A DNA stretch of 64,000 bases from a virus. Lineage: Duplodnaviria > Caudoviricetes. The position numbers were made by a program, and so were the translations under genes. The notes under the pieces were generated by a model that worked only from the letters and a program-made list of their open reading frames with translations, was not told the origin of the DNA and did not search any database. The first letter of the stretch is position 1. Each line of letters begins with the position of its first letter. This document shows, piece after piece, positions 10,719 to 21,400 of this stretch. The stretch is from positions 1-64,000 of IMG/VR virus record IMGVR_UViG_2593339199_000002. One strand, 5' to 3'.

Positions 10719-11804
10719 TTAGGACACGATTTTGATGCGGTCCGGAGTTGGGTAGCTACGTGCGAATGCCAGGTTGCGGGCAGTTGCTACGGCTTTACCT
10801 TCGTTCAGGACGCCGATACCATAACGCTCTTTGACCTTGATCGTTTGGATATCGCGCATCGGATCGTCGAACTGCTCCGTGGAGAGCGGATCTTTCACGA
10901 GCAGAATGCCGATGTTGTTGCGGTCCACTACGTACATGTCGAATTTCTTCGTGTCGAAGTTGAACGGCGCGAACGGCGTGAAGTTGATGTTGATCGCGAA
11001 CGGGATCCGGCCTTGAACCGTCTCTGGCGAGATCGACAGGTTCGTCACCTGGCTGCCGCCGAGTGCTGCATGGGAAAGGGAGTGGATCAGATCGTTCTTG
11101 AAGAATACGCTCCAAGTGAGCGGGTGCATGATGATGTCGGTCGGATTGAAGCCGTTCATCATGACCGCGATGAACAGGTCGATCATGTCTTCCGTGCTCA
11201 TCGTGTTGTTCATGTTGCCGTCGATGTCGCGGCCCGTCGTACCCGCTTCCGGATATTTCTGACGGATATCGTTGTCGTAAACGATGTGACCGTGTTTGGA
11301 GAACTGAATGAAGATTTTTTCTTCTTTCAGACGTGCCATTGCTTCGCCGGCCTTGCGAACCAGGATGCCGATGACGTCCCACTGGGAGTCGTTGATCATT
11401 TCGTCGGTTACACGAACGACCATACCGGACTTACCAACCTTCACCTCTTGCGTACGGTGGAGTTGGAAGTCCACAGTTTCTTCGAGGTACGATTGGCTCT
11501 CGCCGATGTCATGCGCACGCATCGCACCGATCGATGGGAACTCGATCGAGCGGCCTTCCGTGAGGCGCACCGTTTGGAGCAGTTGGGAACCGATATACAT
11601 CGGCTCAGCCGCTTCGCGCATCATGCCCGTGATGACGCGAGGGATCAGAATGGAAGCATCCTGGGTGGTCAGTGCTTCTTTGACGGACACGAGTTCGTTT
11701 TTCGGAATCTGTGTCCAGTCTTCAGAGACGTTCAGCTGGCGCTGCATGCGCTTCAGCACGCTCATCGATTGCTCGTTCAATTTCAGGTCGTTTACGTTAA
11801 ACAT
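10719..11804 (-). CDS. Major capsid protein (HK97 fold)
   Basis: LIPRVI, GES..Y.E, K.G....VTDEMINDSQWDVI and KERYGIGVL motifs; gene order. Confidence 0.85.
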   Translation of the reverse strand: MFNVNDLKLNEQSMSVLKRMQRQLNVSEDWTQIPKNELVSVKEALTTQDASILIPRVITGMMREAAEPMYIGSQLLQTVRLTEGRSIEFPSIGAMRAHDIGESQSYLEETVDFQLHRTQEVKVGKSGMVVRVTDEMINDSQWDVIGILVRKAGEAMARLKEEKIFIQFSKHGHIVYDNDIRQKYPEAGTTGRDIDGNMNNTMSTEDMIDLFIAVMMNGFNPTDIIMHPLTWSVFFKNDLIHSLSHAALGGSQVTNLSISPETVQGRIPFAININFTPFAPFNFDTKKFDMYVVDRNNIGILLVKDPLSTEQFDDPMRDIQTIKVKERYGIGVLNEGKAVATARNLAFARSYPTPDRIKIVS

Positions 11805-11827
11805 GGTCCCTCAGACCTCCCTTATCC

Positions 11828-13060
11828 TTATTTTTGAAGCAGGATGCGAACGGCGCCTACGGAGCCCTTCCAATCCCAGTTGGTTGGTACGCCAGGGATT
11901 TGACCCGTCGCTTTGAACGTCGCCTTGATGTCTACCGGAGCGCTGCCAGCTGCGTTGTCGAAGTTGACCGTTACAAGACCCAGCTCGTAGTCCACATAAG
12001 TCGGCTGGATTGGCGTGCCATTTGCAGTCACGACGAGCGATCCTTCAACGATCGGCACCTGCCAGATGCGGAGATCGTGGCGGCCGGATTGTCCCGGCTG
12101 AACCGTACCGATTACCAGGTCGGTGAATGGTACTTCGATGTTTGCGCCATTCGTCAGACCAGGGATCGCGCGAGGGAAGTATTTTTGACCTTCCATGTTG
12201 CGGTACGTTTTGTCGTAAGGGTATCCCGGGAAGCCGTCAGTTGCGCCCATGTCTTCCGGACGGAAGCCGCTGTTGTTGATCCACTTGTCGTCTTGGCGCA
12301 TGTCTTCCGTGCTCCACGTCACCCATTTCAGCCAGCCTTGTGGCGGCAGGTTCGTTTCAACGGACCATACTTGACCGACCACCTGTTCTTGTAGGCGGCC
12401 AAGCTCTTTGACCTGTACGTTGTATTCCGCGAGGTCGCCGGCAGTTGCTGCCGCGTCGAGCGCTGCGTATACCTTCTCGAAAGGCGCTTTGATGAAACGA
12501 CCGTTCTCGTCGGAGATTACGAAGTCGCCGTTTTTAACGAAGTCAGCGAGGTCGGCGTCGTAGAAAGAGCCCCACTCGATTTCTTCAGCGTCCGACTTTT
12601 TCGGAATGTAAGGCAATTCAATGTAGATTTCGTTTTCGATCGTCGGCTGCATGCCGTTGAAACCGTCAACGAACTCCTCATAGAGGTTGCCGTAAGCAAC
12701 GCCGATGGCCCGGTTCGCTTTTCGAACGTGGTTCGTGCCATCTTTGCCGACTTCCGTTACGTCCTTGCCGCCGTTGGCCAGCGTCAGAACCGGGCGCTTC
12801 ACGTTGCCGTCGAAATCGTTGATTACGCCGTCCTGGGATTCGCCGAAGTTGTCCGTTGCAGGTGCAACGATACGGCCTTTCGGGATAACGACCCAGCCGT
12901 CGCCGCCGAAGTGATACCGGAACAAGCGTTTCAGACGGTTATCGACCAGAAACTTCTCGCCCGGAGAGTCGTGTGTACCAGCTTGCAGCTTGGTATTTGT
13001 GCGCATGTATTGGTCTTGGGTCGATTTGATTGGACCCGCAATACCACGGAACATAGCCAT
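11828..13060 (-). CDS. Head decoration/virion structural protein
   Basis: VVIPKGRIVA motif; lies between protease and capsid genes; similar codon style to the capsid gene. Confidence 0.6.
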   Translation of the reverse strand: MAMFRGIAGPIKSTQDQYMRTNTKLQAGTHDSPGEKFLVDNRLKRLFRYHFGGDGWVVIPKGRIVAPATDNFGESQDGVINDFDGNVKRPVLTLANGGKDVTEVGKDGTNHVRKANRAIGVAYGNLYEEFVDGFNGMQPTIENEIYIELPYIPKKSDAEEIEWGSFYDADLADFVKNGDFVISDENGRFIKAPFEKVYAALDAAATAGDLAEYNVQVKELGRLQEQVVGQVWSVETNLPPQGWLKWVTWSTEDMRQDDKWINNSGFRPEDMGATDGFPGYPYDKTYRNMEGQKYFPRAIPGLTNGANIEVPFTDLVIGTVQPGQSGRHDLRIWQVPIVEGSLVVTANGTPIQPTYVDYELGLVTVNFDNAAGSAPVDIKATFKATGQIPGVPTNWDWKGSVGAVRILLQK

Positions 13061-13089
13061 TTGAACTCAACTCCAATTCGTTTGATGTA

Positions 13090-14592
13090 TTAACGCTTTT
13101 TTTTCTTGCTGCTGAACATGCCAGCGATGATGCCTTCGGCTTCCTCGACGGTGTACGACTTGTTGCCGTCCTCGCCTTCTTCGCCGGAGTAGCCTGGATT
13201 CGTTACGCTGCCTGGAGCTGGACGCTGATTCTTCATCTCAGCGACAAGATCGGAGAGCGTATTTTCAAGCGACTCTTTCGTGCGGGCAGCATGTGCAGTC
13301 ACCGCTTCCGCACGATCGACGCCGACCACATCCGGCTTGTTCAGCGTGCGCTTCATGTCCACGACCTTCTCGGCCAAATGACGATGAAGTTGAGCTTGCA
13401 GGTCAGCATTCTCGGCGAGTACGCGCTGAGATTCCTGTTCCGCAGTTGTAGCGCGGCCTACCAACTTCTGATTTTCGATCACCAGGTTGGTGATAGTGCG
13501 CTGCATTTCAGTGACCTGGCCTCGCAGTGTTACGACTTCGCCTTCTTGAACTGGCGTTGTCTGTGATGCTGGCGGCTCAGGTGTCGGCGCAGTTGGCGTA
13601 TTATCGCCCTCTTGCACTGGCGCTGCAGGCGGCTCGGCTGCTGGTGCAGGCGGCGCTGCCGGCGATTCTTGCCCTTCTTGAACGGGAGTTGCCGGCTGAT
13701 TCTCAGGCGCCGGCGCTGCTGGAGGCTGCTGCCCCTCTTGCGTCGGAACTTGAGGATTCGGATTCGTTTCAGGCTCAGGGTCCATGCTTCTAACGCTCCC
13801 TTCTGCGGTCACAAGACCTGTAATGAGTTGCCTTACATTTTCGTTCAGTTGATGATACAGGTTCACATCAGGCTGACGTATATTTTGGAACAGCCCTTCA
13901 GCGATCTGGAAGATTTCCATAGACGCTGATTCCTGCGAGCTGGATGGTGTCTGAGTTTCATCGCCTTCGACAACCGTTACGCTCGTGTTGCCGGCATTTT
14001 GGTCGGCAGGCACGTTTACGTAGGAGACTTCGCGTCCAAAAGTGGTTCCAATGATGAAGTGCGCGGTTTGGCCATCATGTTCTTCACCTGGATAGTGATC
14101 ACACCACTCTTGCGTTCTGTCTGTACCGCAAATGTTGCACGTTACTTTATCCGTCGTCGCCCCAATTGAGACAGTTTGGTAACGGCCATCCAGTACCTTC
14201 TCGATTGCAGTCGGATCGGTGATCTCGACCGTGAATACGAGTCCGGCACGACCGGATTTGGTCATATCGTGAAATTCAGCTTTCAGGATACGACCGATCG
14301 GTTCACCATGGTAATCATCGTGATGCGTTAAAACCGGTTTGTTGTACGGCGTCGTCCAACTTGCAAGTCCTTCACTAAGCCCCTCTTTAGTGTAGTACGT
14401 GTAGTTGGCCGTCCGTCCGACATGGATGGCTTCCATTTGGACAATCAATTTGCGATTCTTGCCCTTGGCAGACTCACTCAGTTTGTTCACCGATTCCTGC
14501 GTCAGCTTTGGCACCGAGCATACATACTCGGACATGCTGCCAGCAACCAGCTTTTTCGATTGGTGTTCCGCGAGTGAATACAGATTCTTCAA
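13090..14592 (-). CDS. Prohead protease with Pro-rich linker and coiled-coil scaffold
   Basis: KPVLTHH...PIGR, VSIG, CNICG and EVSYVNVPAD motifs. Confidence 0.85.
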   Translation of the reverse strand: MKNLYSLAEHQSKKLVAGSMSEYVCSVPKLTQESVNKLSESAKGKNRKLIVQMEAIHVGRTANYTYYTKEGLSEGLASWTTPYNKPVLTHHDDYHGEPIGRILKAEFHDMTKSGRAGLVFTVEITDPTAIEKVLDGRYQTVSIGATTDKVTCNICGTDRTQEWCDHYPGEEHDGQTAHFIIGTTFGREVSYVNVPADQNAGNTSVTVVEGDETQTPSSSQESASMEIFQIAEGLFQNIRQPDVNLYHQLNENVRQLITGLVTAEGSVRSMDPEPETNPNPQVPTQEGQQPPAAPAPENQPATPVQEGQESPAAPPAPAAEPPAAPVQEGDNTPTAPTPEPPASQTTPVQEGEVVTLRGQVTEMQRTITNLVIENQKLVGRATTAEQESQRVLAENADLQAQLHRHLAEKVVDMKRTLNKPDVVGVDRAEAVTAHAARTKESLENTLSDLVAEMKNQRPAPGSVTNPGYSGEEGEDGNKSYTVEEAEGIIAGMFSSKKKKR

Positions 14593-14607
14593 GATGTATC
14601 ACCTCCT

Positions 14608-16830
14608 TTAGTCATGACCCCCAATCTCCTCTCCCCCTGTTGGAGTTTCATTGGAGTGGATCGTCAGATCGCACTCGCAATTGGTATGAAACGGCGGAAT
14701 CTGATGAAACAAGGTTGCTTCATCGACTTTGCCGGGATTGGAAATATCGATCGCTGCTTGCGCTTTCTCATGGCAGACGGCACATTCGGATTCCGAGGCG
14801 ATCGGATGCAGCGAGGATTCGCCGTACCGGACCATCGCCAGCGCGTATCCGTAATGATAGGTCTTCATCAGAAGTGATTTTGAAATTGCCGTGAGCCGGT
14901 GTTTCAGCGACTGGAACGACCCCTTCACAGCAAGGACAGCATCCAGGAGGTTGTCCGTTCCCTCAAGGCGTTTGATGAGCAGTTCATGCAGCGTTTTTTC
15001 CATGAGGTCGAAAGAATGGTTTGCTGATTCGTTCACCAAGCGCAGCGCCATGGAGCTGTCGATCGCGGCCATCTTTTGACGGCCGGCGTCTTCCATCGCC
15101 TTTCGCGCGCCATCCATCAGGACCGTGTAGGTGTCCTTCGAAATGTACTGCTTCATCTTCTCTTTGCCAAAGTAGATCGAGGATACCAGGTTCTTCACGC
15201 TGTGGAGCGGGAATGCCTTGCGATCTTCGTAGCGCTTGAGCTCGTTGATCACGTCGGACTCCATCTGCGCATAGATCGATTCCAGATTGGTTGTGAGGTC
15301 GGAAACAGCTTGCTTGGAGAATTTATCTAAAGCCGCCTCTTTCATCAGTTCGATGTCAAGAGATTGCGTGCTTCGCTTAGGTCCGCTCCGCGTACCATGC
15401 TGGTTGGCCGGCTTCTGCTTGTTATTCGTCTCTGCTGTACCCGCCGGCGCGCTTGCTGCTTTCGCCTCGGCAGCTGCCTCGATCTTCGGAATGTCGATCA
15501 TGTTCAGGTACAAGCGAGCTTCATCGGCAGTCGGCTCAAGCGACATGTTCTTGCGGGTTTCTTCCCAGGTCTGCAGGTTGTGCTCGAACTTGTAAATCTC
15601 GTGCGTGTCGAGCTTGATCCGCATCTCCGCTTCAATTTCGTTGAAGACGAAATTGACGGCATAATCCGGATTGGCCACCGGATCGAATCCACCCTCCACC
15701 AGCAGTTCTTCGATGATGTACTTGTTGATCTGGTATTGGATCTGCTGCTGCCAGCCTTTTACGCGGTCTGCTTTGATGCCGCCCATGGCGTCCGCCGTAT
15801 TGCGGTTGGCCGTGTCACCGCGGCCCATATCGACCGTAGACATGCCCATGCCGGAGAAGACGCGCTGCTCGAAATAATCGAGGTACGGCTTTCCGTCAAT
15901 GGCTGTCAGCTTCACAGCTTCGATCTTGTGTCGTTCTGGAAGAACGATGGCTCCGTCAGTCGGCATGCTCTCTACGACCTGCTGCAGGCTTTGCAGCTCG
16001 GTGTCGGTGGCTTCGTAGCCAGGCTTGTCCAGTCCGACCGTGTAGGATAGGAGCGGGAAGATATGCCGATAAAGCAGAAGCGCCGCATTTTCTTCAACCT
16101 TGCGCAGGAGCCGAACATCATCAAGTACCGGCGCAAGCCATGGTAACCCGAAGGCTTCCCCTGACGGCACGTTCACTTTAATGTGAACCATGTCTTCAGG
16201 TTTGAAGGTCAGCTTGTTGTTCTGACCAGGCACCTGCTGTTGATAGCCGGTAATGTTACCGTTCGCATCTCGCGAGACTTGAATCGTGCTTGCCGGAAGT
16301 AAGAAGTAGCCGGCCACGGGATCTTTCGCTGGAGGAACAGCCGTAGCCGTTATCCCCGGCACCATCCCTTTGCCGCCTTTCGCTCGCGCCTTCACAATGA
16401 AGGCATTGGAGAAACGGACGACATCCCGGGTAATGGCATGCCATAGATCTTCAGTTGGCATCTGCGTTGCGATCGACATCATATCCAAGCGGAGCTTGAG
16501 ATATTGTAGTGCCTGATCATTCTTCGTCTGCCAGTTGTAGCCGGACTTAAAGATCAATTCTTCGTATTTCATCACGGCCTGCATGATATAGGAATCACGC
16601 TCGATTGCCGTGGAGATCACCGTTAAATCAACCTTCGATCCTTCAAAGTTTTCCCGGCCGCCGCCTCCGCCTTGGGCATTGGACAGCTGATAGCCAATAC
16701 GCTTGAAGCCAATGGCTTTCGGGTCACGATTGATTGCTCCACCGCTGCCTCCGCCACCGCTTTTCTTCGGGGTCGTGGGTGCATTTTTGAAGCCAAATCT
16801 CTGGATGAAGCGGTCGAATAATTTAGCCAA
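14608..16830 (-). CDS. Portal protein with C-terminal MuF/minor-head-like domain
   Basis: Portal motifs (EDMVHI, FGLPWLAPV); C-terminal CxxC...PPFHTNCEC. Confidence 0.8.
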   Translation of the reverse strand: MAKLFDRFIQRFGFKNAPTTPKKSGGGGSGGAINRDPKAIGFKRIGYQLSNAQGGGGGRENFEGSKVDLTVISTAIERDSYIMQAVMKYEELIFKSGYNWQTKNDQALQYLKLRLDMMSIATQMPTEDLWHAITRDVVRFSNAFIVKARAKGGKGMVPGITATAVPPAKDPVAGYFLLPASTIQVSRDANGNITGYQQQVPGQNNKLTFKPEDMVHIKVNVPSGEAFGLPWLAPVLDDVRLLRKVEENAALLLYRHIFPLLSYTVGLDKPGYEATDTELQSLQQVVESMPTDGAIVLPERHKIEAVKLTAIDGKPYLDYFEQRVFSGMGMSTVDMGRGDTANRNTADAMGGIKADRVKGWQQQIQYQINKYIIEELLVEGGFDPVANPDYAVNFVFNEIEAEMRIKLDTHEIYKFEHNLQTWEETRKNMSLEPTADEARLYLNMIDIPKIEAAAEAKAASAPAGTAETNNKQKPANQHGTRSGPKRSTQSLDIELMKEAALDKFSKQAVSDLTTNLESIYAQMESDVINELKRYEDRKAFPLHSVKNLVSSIYFGKEKMKQYISKDTYTVLMDGARKAMEDAGRQKMAAIDSSMALRLVNESANHSFDLMEKTLHELLIKRLEGTDNLLDAVLAVKGSFQSLKHRLTAISKSLLMKTYHYGYALAMVRYGESSLHPIASESECAVCHEKAQAAIDISNPGKVDEATLFHQIPPFHTNCECDLTIHSNETPTGGEEIGGHD

Positions 16831-16908
16831 ATGCTCTCCCCCTTCCCCAAACGCGCTTGTATATCTTAACCAATTATAAACCGAAAATGTAACGCATTAC
16901 ACTTTCAG

Positions 16909-18156
16909 TCAGACATCATATCCGTGGGCTGAAACATACTCGTCTACCCAATCGGCAGTGATCGTGCTGGCCTCTCCCAAATCCTCTAATATGCTGAAGA
17001 ATTGTCGAATTTGCTCCTTCTTCTGAATCATCATGAGCTGCTTTTCATAAAAGATGGATTCTTGCTGATAGAATTTGAGCATGTCCGTCGTGCTGGATTC
17101 GTATTTCGTCTGATTGCTTTGGATTGAATCCACCATCATGCCGGCGAAGGCATCAAAGGCCGCGCTGCCGGGGCTCTGGTTGTAGAGCCAGGTGGTCATC
17201 TGGTGCGTACTGCTGGTCTTGATCTGCTGGCGCATCCACTGCGCCCGGCTGACGAACTGTTCCTTCTGATCGTCGATCATGACCATCTGTCCCTTGGAAG
17301 CCGTATGCTCCTGCTTCAGATCGGCAAATGTCAGCATGAGATGCGCCTTGGCAGCGGTCGGGTCACTGATCGTTGCCGCACGCAGGATGAACTCCTTCAT
17401 GCCCGATTGCATGACGACGGCCGGCGCCTGGACGATCATGCGTATCGTATTCAGGAGTCCGGCAAACATCAGCGTCCGGTTGCGATGGACATAAGACGTG
17501 TCAGCCAGCGTCGTGTGGAAGGTATCCAGCGTCTTCTTGCTGACTTCCGTGCTCAGCAGCTCCTGCTCTAATGCTGCCGCCGTGGAACCGCCGTCCGACT
17601 CTTCCTCCTCATCATCTGAATATGATTCGATGAGCTGCGTCGAAAGTGAATTAAAGTCCTTCTCCAAGCTGAGCCAGGTGTCAATGCTCTGCTTCTCTGC
17701 CGCAGCGATCTCATTCGTGTCGGTTCGGTCCGTAATCTGCGTTCGGTAATGGCCGTCCACGAAATCCCGGCGCAGCTGGCAGGATGCCTTCATCCGGTAG
17801 AGGATCGTGTAGATCTCGGTATCTCCGGAGCCGGTAATCCCACTTGCCGCATCCTCGTCGGCCATGACGTCCTTTAGGCTCCCGGTGGTCAGATGCTGCA
17901 AATAGACCTTGAAAGCATCAGTCTGATTACGCTGCGCAATTAGCTGCATGGTCGCATCCAGGTCTGCGATGAGCTGGTCATAGTCGGTCAGCGTGCTGGT
18001 TATCGTAAAATCCTTCGCCCGTTCGATCTTTAGAATGATCGCAGGGTCGATCGTGTAATTTTGGTTATTGGCGGTGCGCTTCAGCTGCGGATGATAGTCC
18101 ACTTGCTCGCGCTCGTAAGGTGTGTCTATGCCCTTGTTTCCGTAGAGTTCCTCCAC
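16909..18156 (-). CDS. Hypothetical helical protein
   Basis: GTG start at 18156 after GGGAG RBS; the longer ORF-track start is unlikely. Confidence 0.6.
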   Translation of the reverse strand: MEELYGNKGIDTPYEREQVDYHPQLKRTANNQNYTIDPAIILKIERAKDFTITSTLTDYDQLIADLDATMQLIAQRNQTDAFKVYLQHLTTGSLKDVMADEDAASGITGSGDTEIYTILYRMKASCQLRRDFVDGHYRTQITDRTDTNEIAAAEKQSIDTWLSLEKDFNSLSTQLIESYSDDEEEESDGGSTAAALEQELLSTEVSKKTLDTFHTTLADTSYVHRNRTLMFAGLLNTIRMIVQAPAVVMQSGMKEFILRAATISDPTAAKAHLMLTFADLKQEHTASKGQMVMIDDQKEQFVSRAQWMRQQIKTSSTHQMTTWLYNQSPGSAAFDAFAGMMVDSIQSNQTKYESSTTDMLKFYQQESIFYEKQLMMIQKKEQIRQFFSILEDLGEASTITADWVDEYVSAHGYDV

Positions 18157-18365
18157 AAAATCAGCTCCCGCATAAAATATGTAAGGCGCGGATTGCTCCG
18201 CGCCCCCCAGGGAAAGAGAGATGAAGATGAGCCTAGCCATAAGAAGGATACAGGGGATTTTTGCCTTCCACCTTCTACGCCGTAAGACGGCATATCCGGG
18301 ACAACGCATTATCTCAGGCGTTCCAAACCTTCTTTGTTCAGTTAGGTTAAATGATCTTAACCAAA

Positions 18366-20123
18366 CTAAAACTTTGCTCGCATCGGGCGCTGCCGCGTAT
18401 TGCCCCGCCCCCACGGGGATTCTGCACGCGACTGCGAGTAACCAAGCGGCACTTTGTTTAAATGCCAATTCGGATTATCTCTTGCTTCCCGCTCTCGCTG
18501 CTGTTGCTGCGGCTTGAACACGTCTCGGTTCCCGCCGAATACTTTTTCAGCAATCTTTTCCTCGGTCTTATTTTTGATTGGAATCGTCTTCCGGGCCACT
18601 TTGATTTCTTCCAAAATCTTCGTGATGTCCGGAAACTCCAACGTGAATCCAAGAATCGTAAGCATAAACGCATCAAGCGCGTGCTCATTCTCGGAGGTGT
18701 AGACGGGACGGCCATTCTGCGTGATTTTGACGACCTGGTAATCCATCATCTGCTTCCAAACCATATCATCAAACGGCGAGAGCAGGATCTGATCCCGGTC
18801 CAGCAAGATGGAGGCCTGGTTGACCATGAATGGCTTGACGTCCTTCATATCGACTTCACGTGTGCCCGGATCCCGCACTTCGATCTTGGAGCCGAAGTGG
18901 ATGCCCTTGACCTTACGGTCGAGCCCCGTCAACGGATACTCCCGGCCATGCAGACGCAGCATTTCGATCTGATACTCGCCGAAGCCGCGGTCGATATAGA
19001 TGAACTTCGGATCGTAGATCTCGTTCAGTTCGATGATCTTCTTCACGGCATTATCCAGCGTGAACTCACCGCGGGTAATCTCCGCGCGCATGCACACCCT
19101 GAACTTTTTGTGGAGCTCATCAAATTCCGTGACGATAATCTGCGTGGCTGCACCGTACTTATCCCAGTCAACGCCGATGATTCGGTGTGCTGGAGGGGCA
19201 GGCTTTCTTCTAGTATAAGGCCCGAAGTATACAATGTCATCCAGGTTCACGCCCTGTGTCTTGTACTGTTCCTTCTCCCACGCATTCAGTTCACGATAAG
19301 AATACAGATATTGCGATTTTGCTCGTTCTACCGCAGCTTTGCTGAAGACACCGACCGTTTCTTCTCCAAACTCTGCCATTACCTCGTGGATATAGGCCTG
19401 TTCGGTCATCGTCGCCCGCATCTCGCCCTCGAACTTGTCGTCCCAATCCGGGTTGACCATCGAAGGGAAATAGTAAGAATTGTAGCCAGTCTTCGGGTTC
19501 GTGCAAACCTCGTAGAAGAAGTCCCGCTTACCTGTCGGCGTCGAGGAGCACCAGATGCCGATTCGCTTCGGATCTTCGTTGGCAATCGCCGTCGTTGCAT
19601 CGATACCGCCGCGGTCCATATAATCGATCTCATCCATGAAGATCCAGTCCGCCCGCTGACCCCGGATCGATGCGCCGGCATTGCCGCTTGTGGCACCGAC
19701 CGTAAAGCCCATGATCGTGGAGCCGTTGTTGAATTGGATAATGAACGGGTTCTTTGTCCGGGAAGCCTGGGAGCTCAGCAGTTCCTCGGAGCCGTCAATC
19801 ATTTCAGCCAGCCGCATGAAGATCAAACGAATCTGATTTTCATATGGAGCCGCAATGATGAGCCTTGCATTTTCGTGATGAAAAGCATACCACAAACAGA
19901 AGACAACCATCGTTTCGGTTTTTCCAACCCGTCGCCCCATGCGAACAGCTAGGCGCCGATTGCCCTTCATAATGTCACGGATCAGTTTCTTCTGATACCA
20001 TCTGGCCTTCCATGGATTGCCTTTGGGATCTTTCAGCTTCCAGTACGCCCATTTGACCGGATCGGAGCGAATATCCAACTCCATCTGGTCCATTTGCTGA
20101 TCGTTCATCGCTGCTGCTGTCAT
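18366..20123 (-). CDS. terL: Terminase large subunit
   Basis: GRRVGKT Walker A, IFMDE Walker B, STP motif III, GVDW nuclease, HALDA. Confidence 0.92.
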   Translation of the reverse strand: MTAAAMNDQQMDQMELDIRSDPVKWAYWKLKDPKGNPWKARWYQKKLIRDIMKGNRRLAVRMGRRVGKTETMVVFCLWYAFHHENARLIIAAPYENQIRLIFMRLAEMIDGSEELLSSQASRTKNPFIIQFNNGSTIMGFTVGATSGNAGASIRGQRADWIFMDEIDYMDRGGIDATTAIANEDPKRIGIWCSSTPTGKRDFFYEVCTNPKTGYNSYYFPSMVNPDWDDKFEGEMRATMTEQAYIHEVMAEFGEETVGVFSKAAVERAKSQYLYSYRELNAWEKEQYKTQGVNLDDIVYFGPYTRRKPAPPAHRIIGVDWDKYGAATQIIVTEFDELHKKFRVCMRAEITRGEFTLDNAVKKIIELNEIYDPKFIYIDRGFGEYQIEMLRLHGREYPLTGLDRKVKGIHFGSKIEVRDPGTREVDMKDVKPFMVNQASILLDRDQILLSPFDDMVWKQMMDYQVVKITQNGRPVYTSENEHALDAFMLTILGFTLEFPDITKILEEIKVARKTIPIKNKTEEKIAEKVFGGNRDVFKPQQQQREREARDNPNWHLNKVPLGYSQSRAESPWGRGNTRQRPMRAKF

Positions 20124-20136
20124 AAGCTACACCTTC

Positions 20137-20559
20137 TTAATCGCTCATGGCATCTGCCGCAGCACCCAAGATACCCATTCCCAGAGCGCCAGCGCCATAA
20201 GCTACCGCCTTGCCCTTCCAGCCTCCACCGAATGCACCGAATGCTTTATTGTAGCGTCCGCCCCACTTCTTGGCGTCGCCGGCATAACGATTAAATCTGT
20301 CCGAATACAGATTACGTCTTGTTTCCATCTTGTCAGATACGGCATTAGGACCATGAGCTGCGGTCTGGTATCGAACATCGGCCTGGGCATTTCTTAATTG
20401 ACGCGCTGCCCCAATTGCCTTGCCCTGTAAGCTTCCAACCATTGCTGCTCCACCATATTGCGCACCGGCGACAACAGCAGAGCCGAGCATGGCTCCGCCG
20501 ACAAAGCCGCCGCCAATGCCATCATCTACTTTGTGATACGGTTGATTGCTTGCCATCAT
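20137..20559 (-). CDS. Gly/Ala-rich putative membrane-interacting protein
   Basis: Glycine-zipper hydrophobic segments. Confidence 0.6.
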   Translation of the reverse strand: MMASNQPYHKVDDGIGGGFVGGAMLGSAVVAGAQYGGAAMVGSLQGKAIGAARQLRNAQADVRYQTAAHGPNAVSDKMETRRNLYSDRFNRYAGDAKKWGGRYNKAFGAFGGGWKGKAVAYGAGALGMGILGAAADAMSD

Positions 20560-20573
20560 GACAAACGCCTCCT

Positions 20574-21389
20574 TTACTCATTTGCGGCCTTATAGGCGAC
20601 CCCCGCGAGCGCGCCCGCCAGGACGCTGCCGCCGACAATTGCGGCCGTTCTTCCTTTCATGCGATACAGCTTGCTGGCCATCTTATCCGTGGCCTCGAAG
20701 ATCTTGTTACCGACCTTGGTGTTCCCAAGCAGCTCATTTCGGGCATGCGCTGCAACGGCGAGTGCTTCATTCGTGCCTTTGGCGGCGCCGGAGCGAAGAT
20801 TCTCGTATTGATCCAGCTTCGTAAGCGCGGCCGCCTGCTTTTCTGCCGAGAGCTTCGGACTGGCTTGAATCTCGCTTCTTTGCTTCTGCAGATAGTTATC
20901 GAGCGCGCCACCGTCTTGCGCAAAGCTTTTAAAGACCTCGGGACCGTGGCTCATGATTGCTGCGGCTGGTAGTCCCGCAAAGGCGCCTGCTGCGACCGCG
21001 CCGCCGATCGCGCCCCGAACATACTTGGCGCTCGGATCCGTCGCTTCATTGCTGTTAATTTTGTTGTGCGGCTCATTGCTTCGGAGCATGTGGATGCCGA
21101 TCCCGCCGACTGCCGCACCGCCGACCTGGACGCCATAATTAAACATGACGCTTTTCACCGAGCCGTGCCCGGCCTTAAAGCCGTGAAGCAGGCCGCGCGA
21201 GACAACGCCCGCCTTGGTTTGGGCTATAGGCGCGCCGATTGCCTTCGCGGCACCAGCCACACCGGCAGCGATTGCGCCACCACCCAGGAAGACGCCGGCC
21301 TGCTCGACGAGTGTGGAGGCCGTCTCGATCCCCATGCCGATGCCCATATCGCCAAGCAAGCTATGTCCTTGATTGTCTGCCATCATCAT
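20574..21389 (-). CDS. Gly/Ala-rich putative membrane-interacting protein
   Basis: Several GxxxG hydrophobic segments. Confidence 0.6.
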   Translation of the reverse strand: MMMADNQGHSLLGDMGIGMGIETASTLVEQAGVFLGGGAIAAGVAGAAKAIGAPIAQTKAGVVSRGLLHGFKAGHGSVKSVMFNYGVQVGGAAVGGIGIHMLRSNEPHNKINSNEATDPSAKYVRGAIGGAVAAGAFAGLPAAAIMSHGPEVFKSFAQDGGALDNYLQKQRSEIQASPKLSAEKQAAALTKLDQYENLRSGAAKGTNEALAVAAHARNELLGNTKVGNKIFEATDKMASKLYRMKGRTAAIVGGSVLAGALAGVAYKAANE

Positions 21390-21400
21390 TCACTCCCCGC

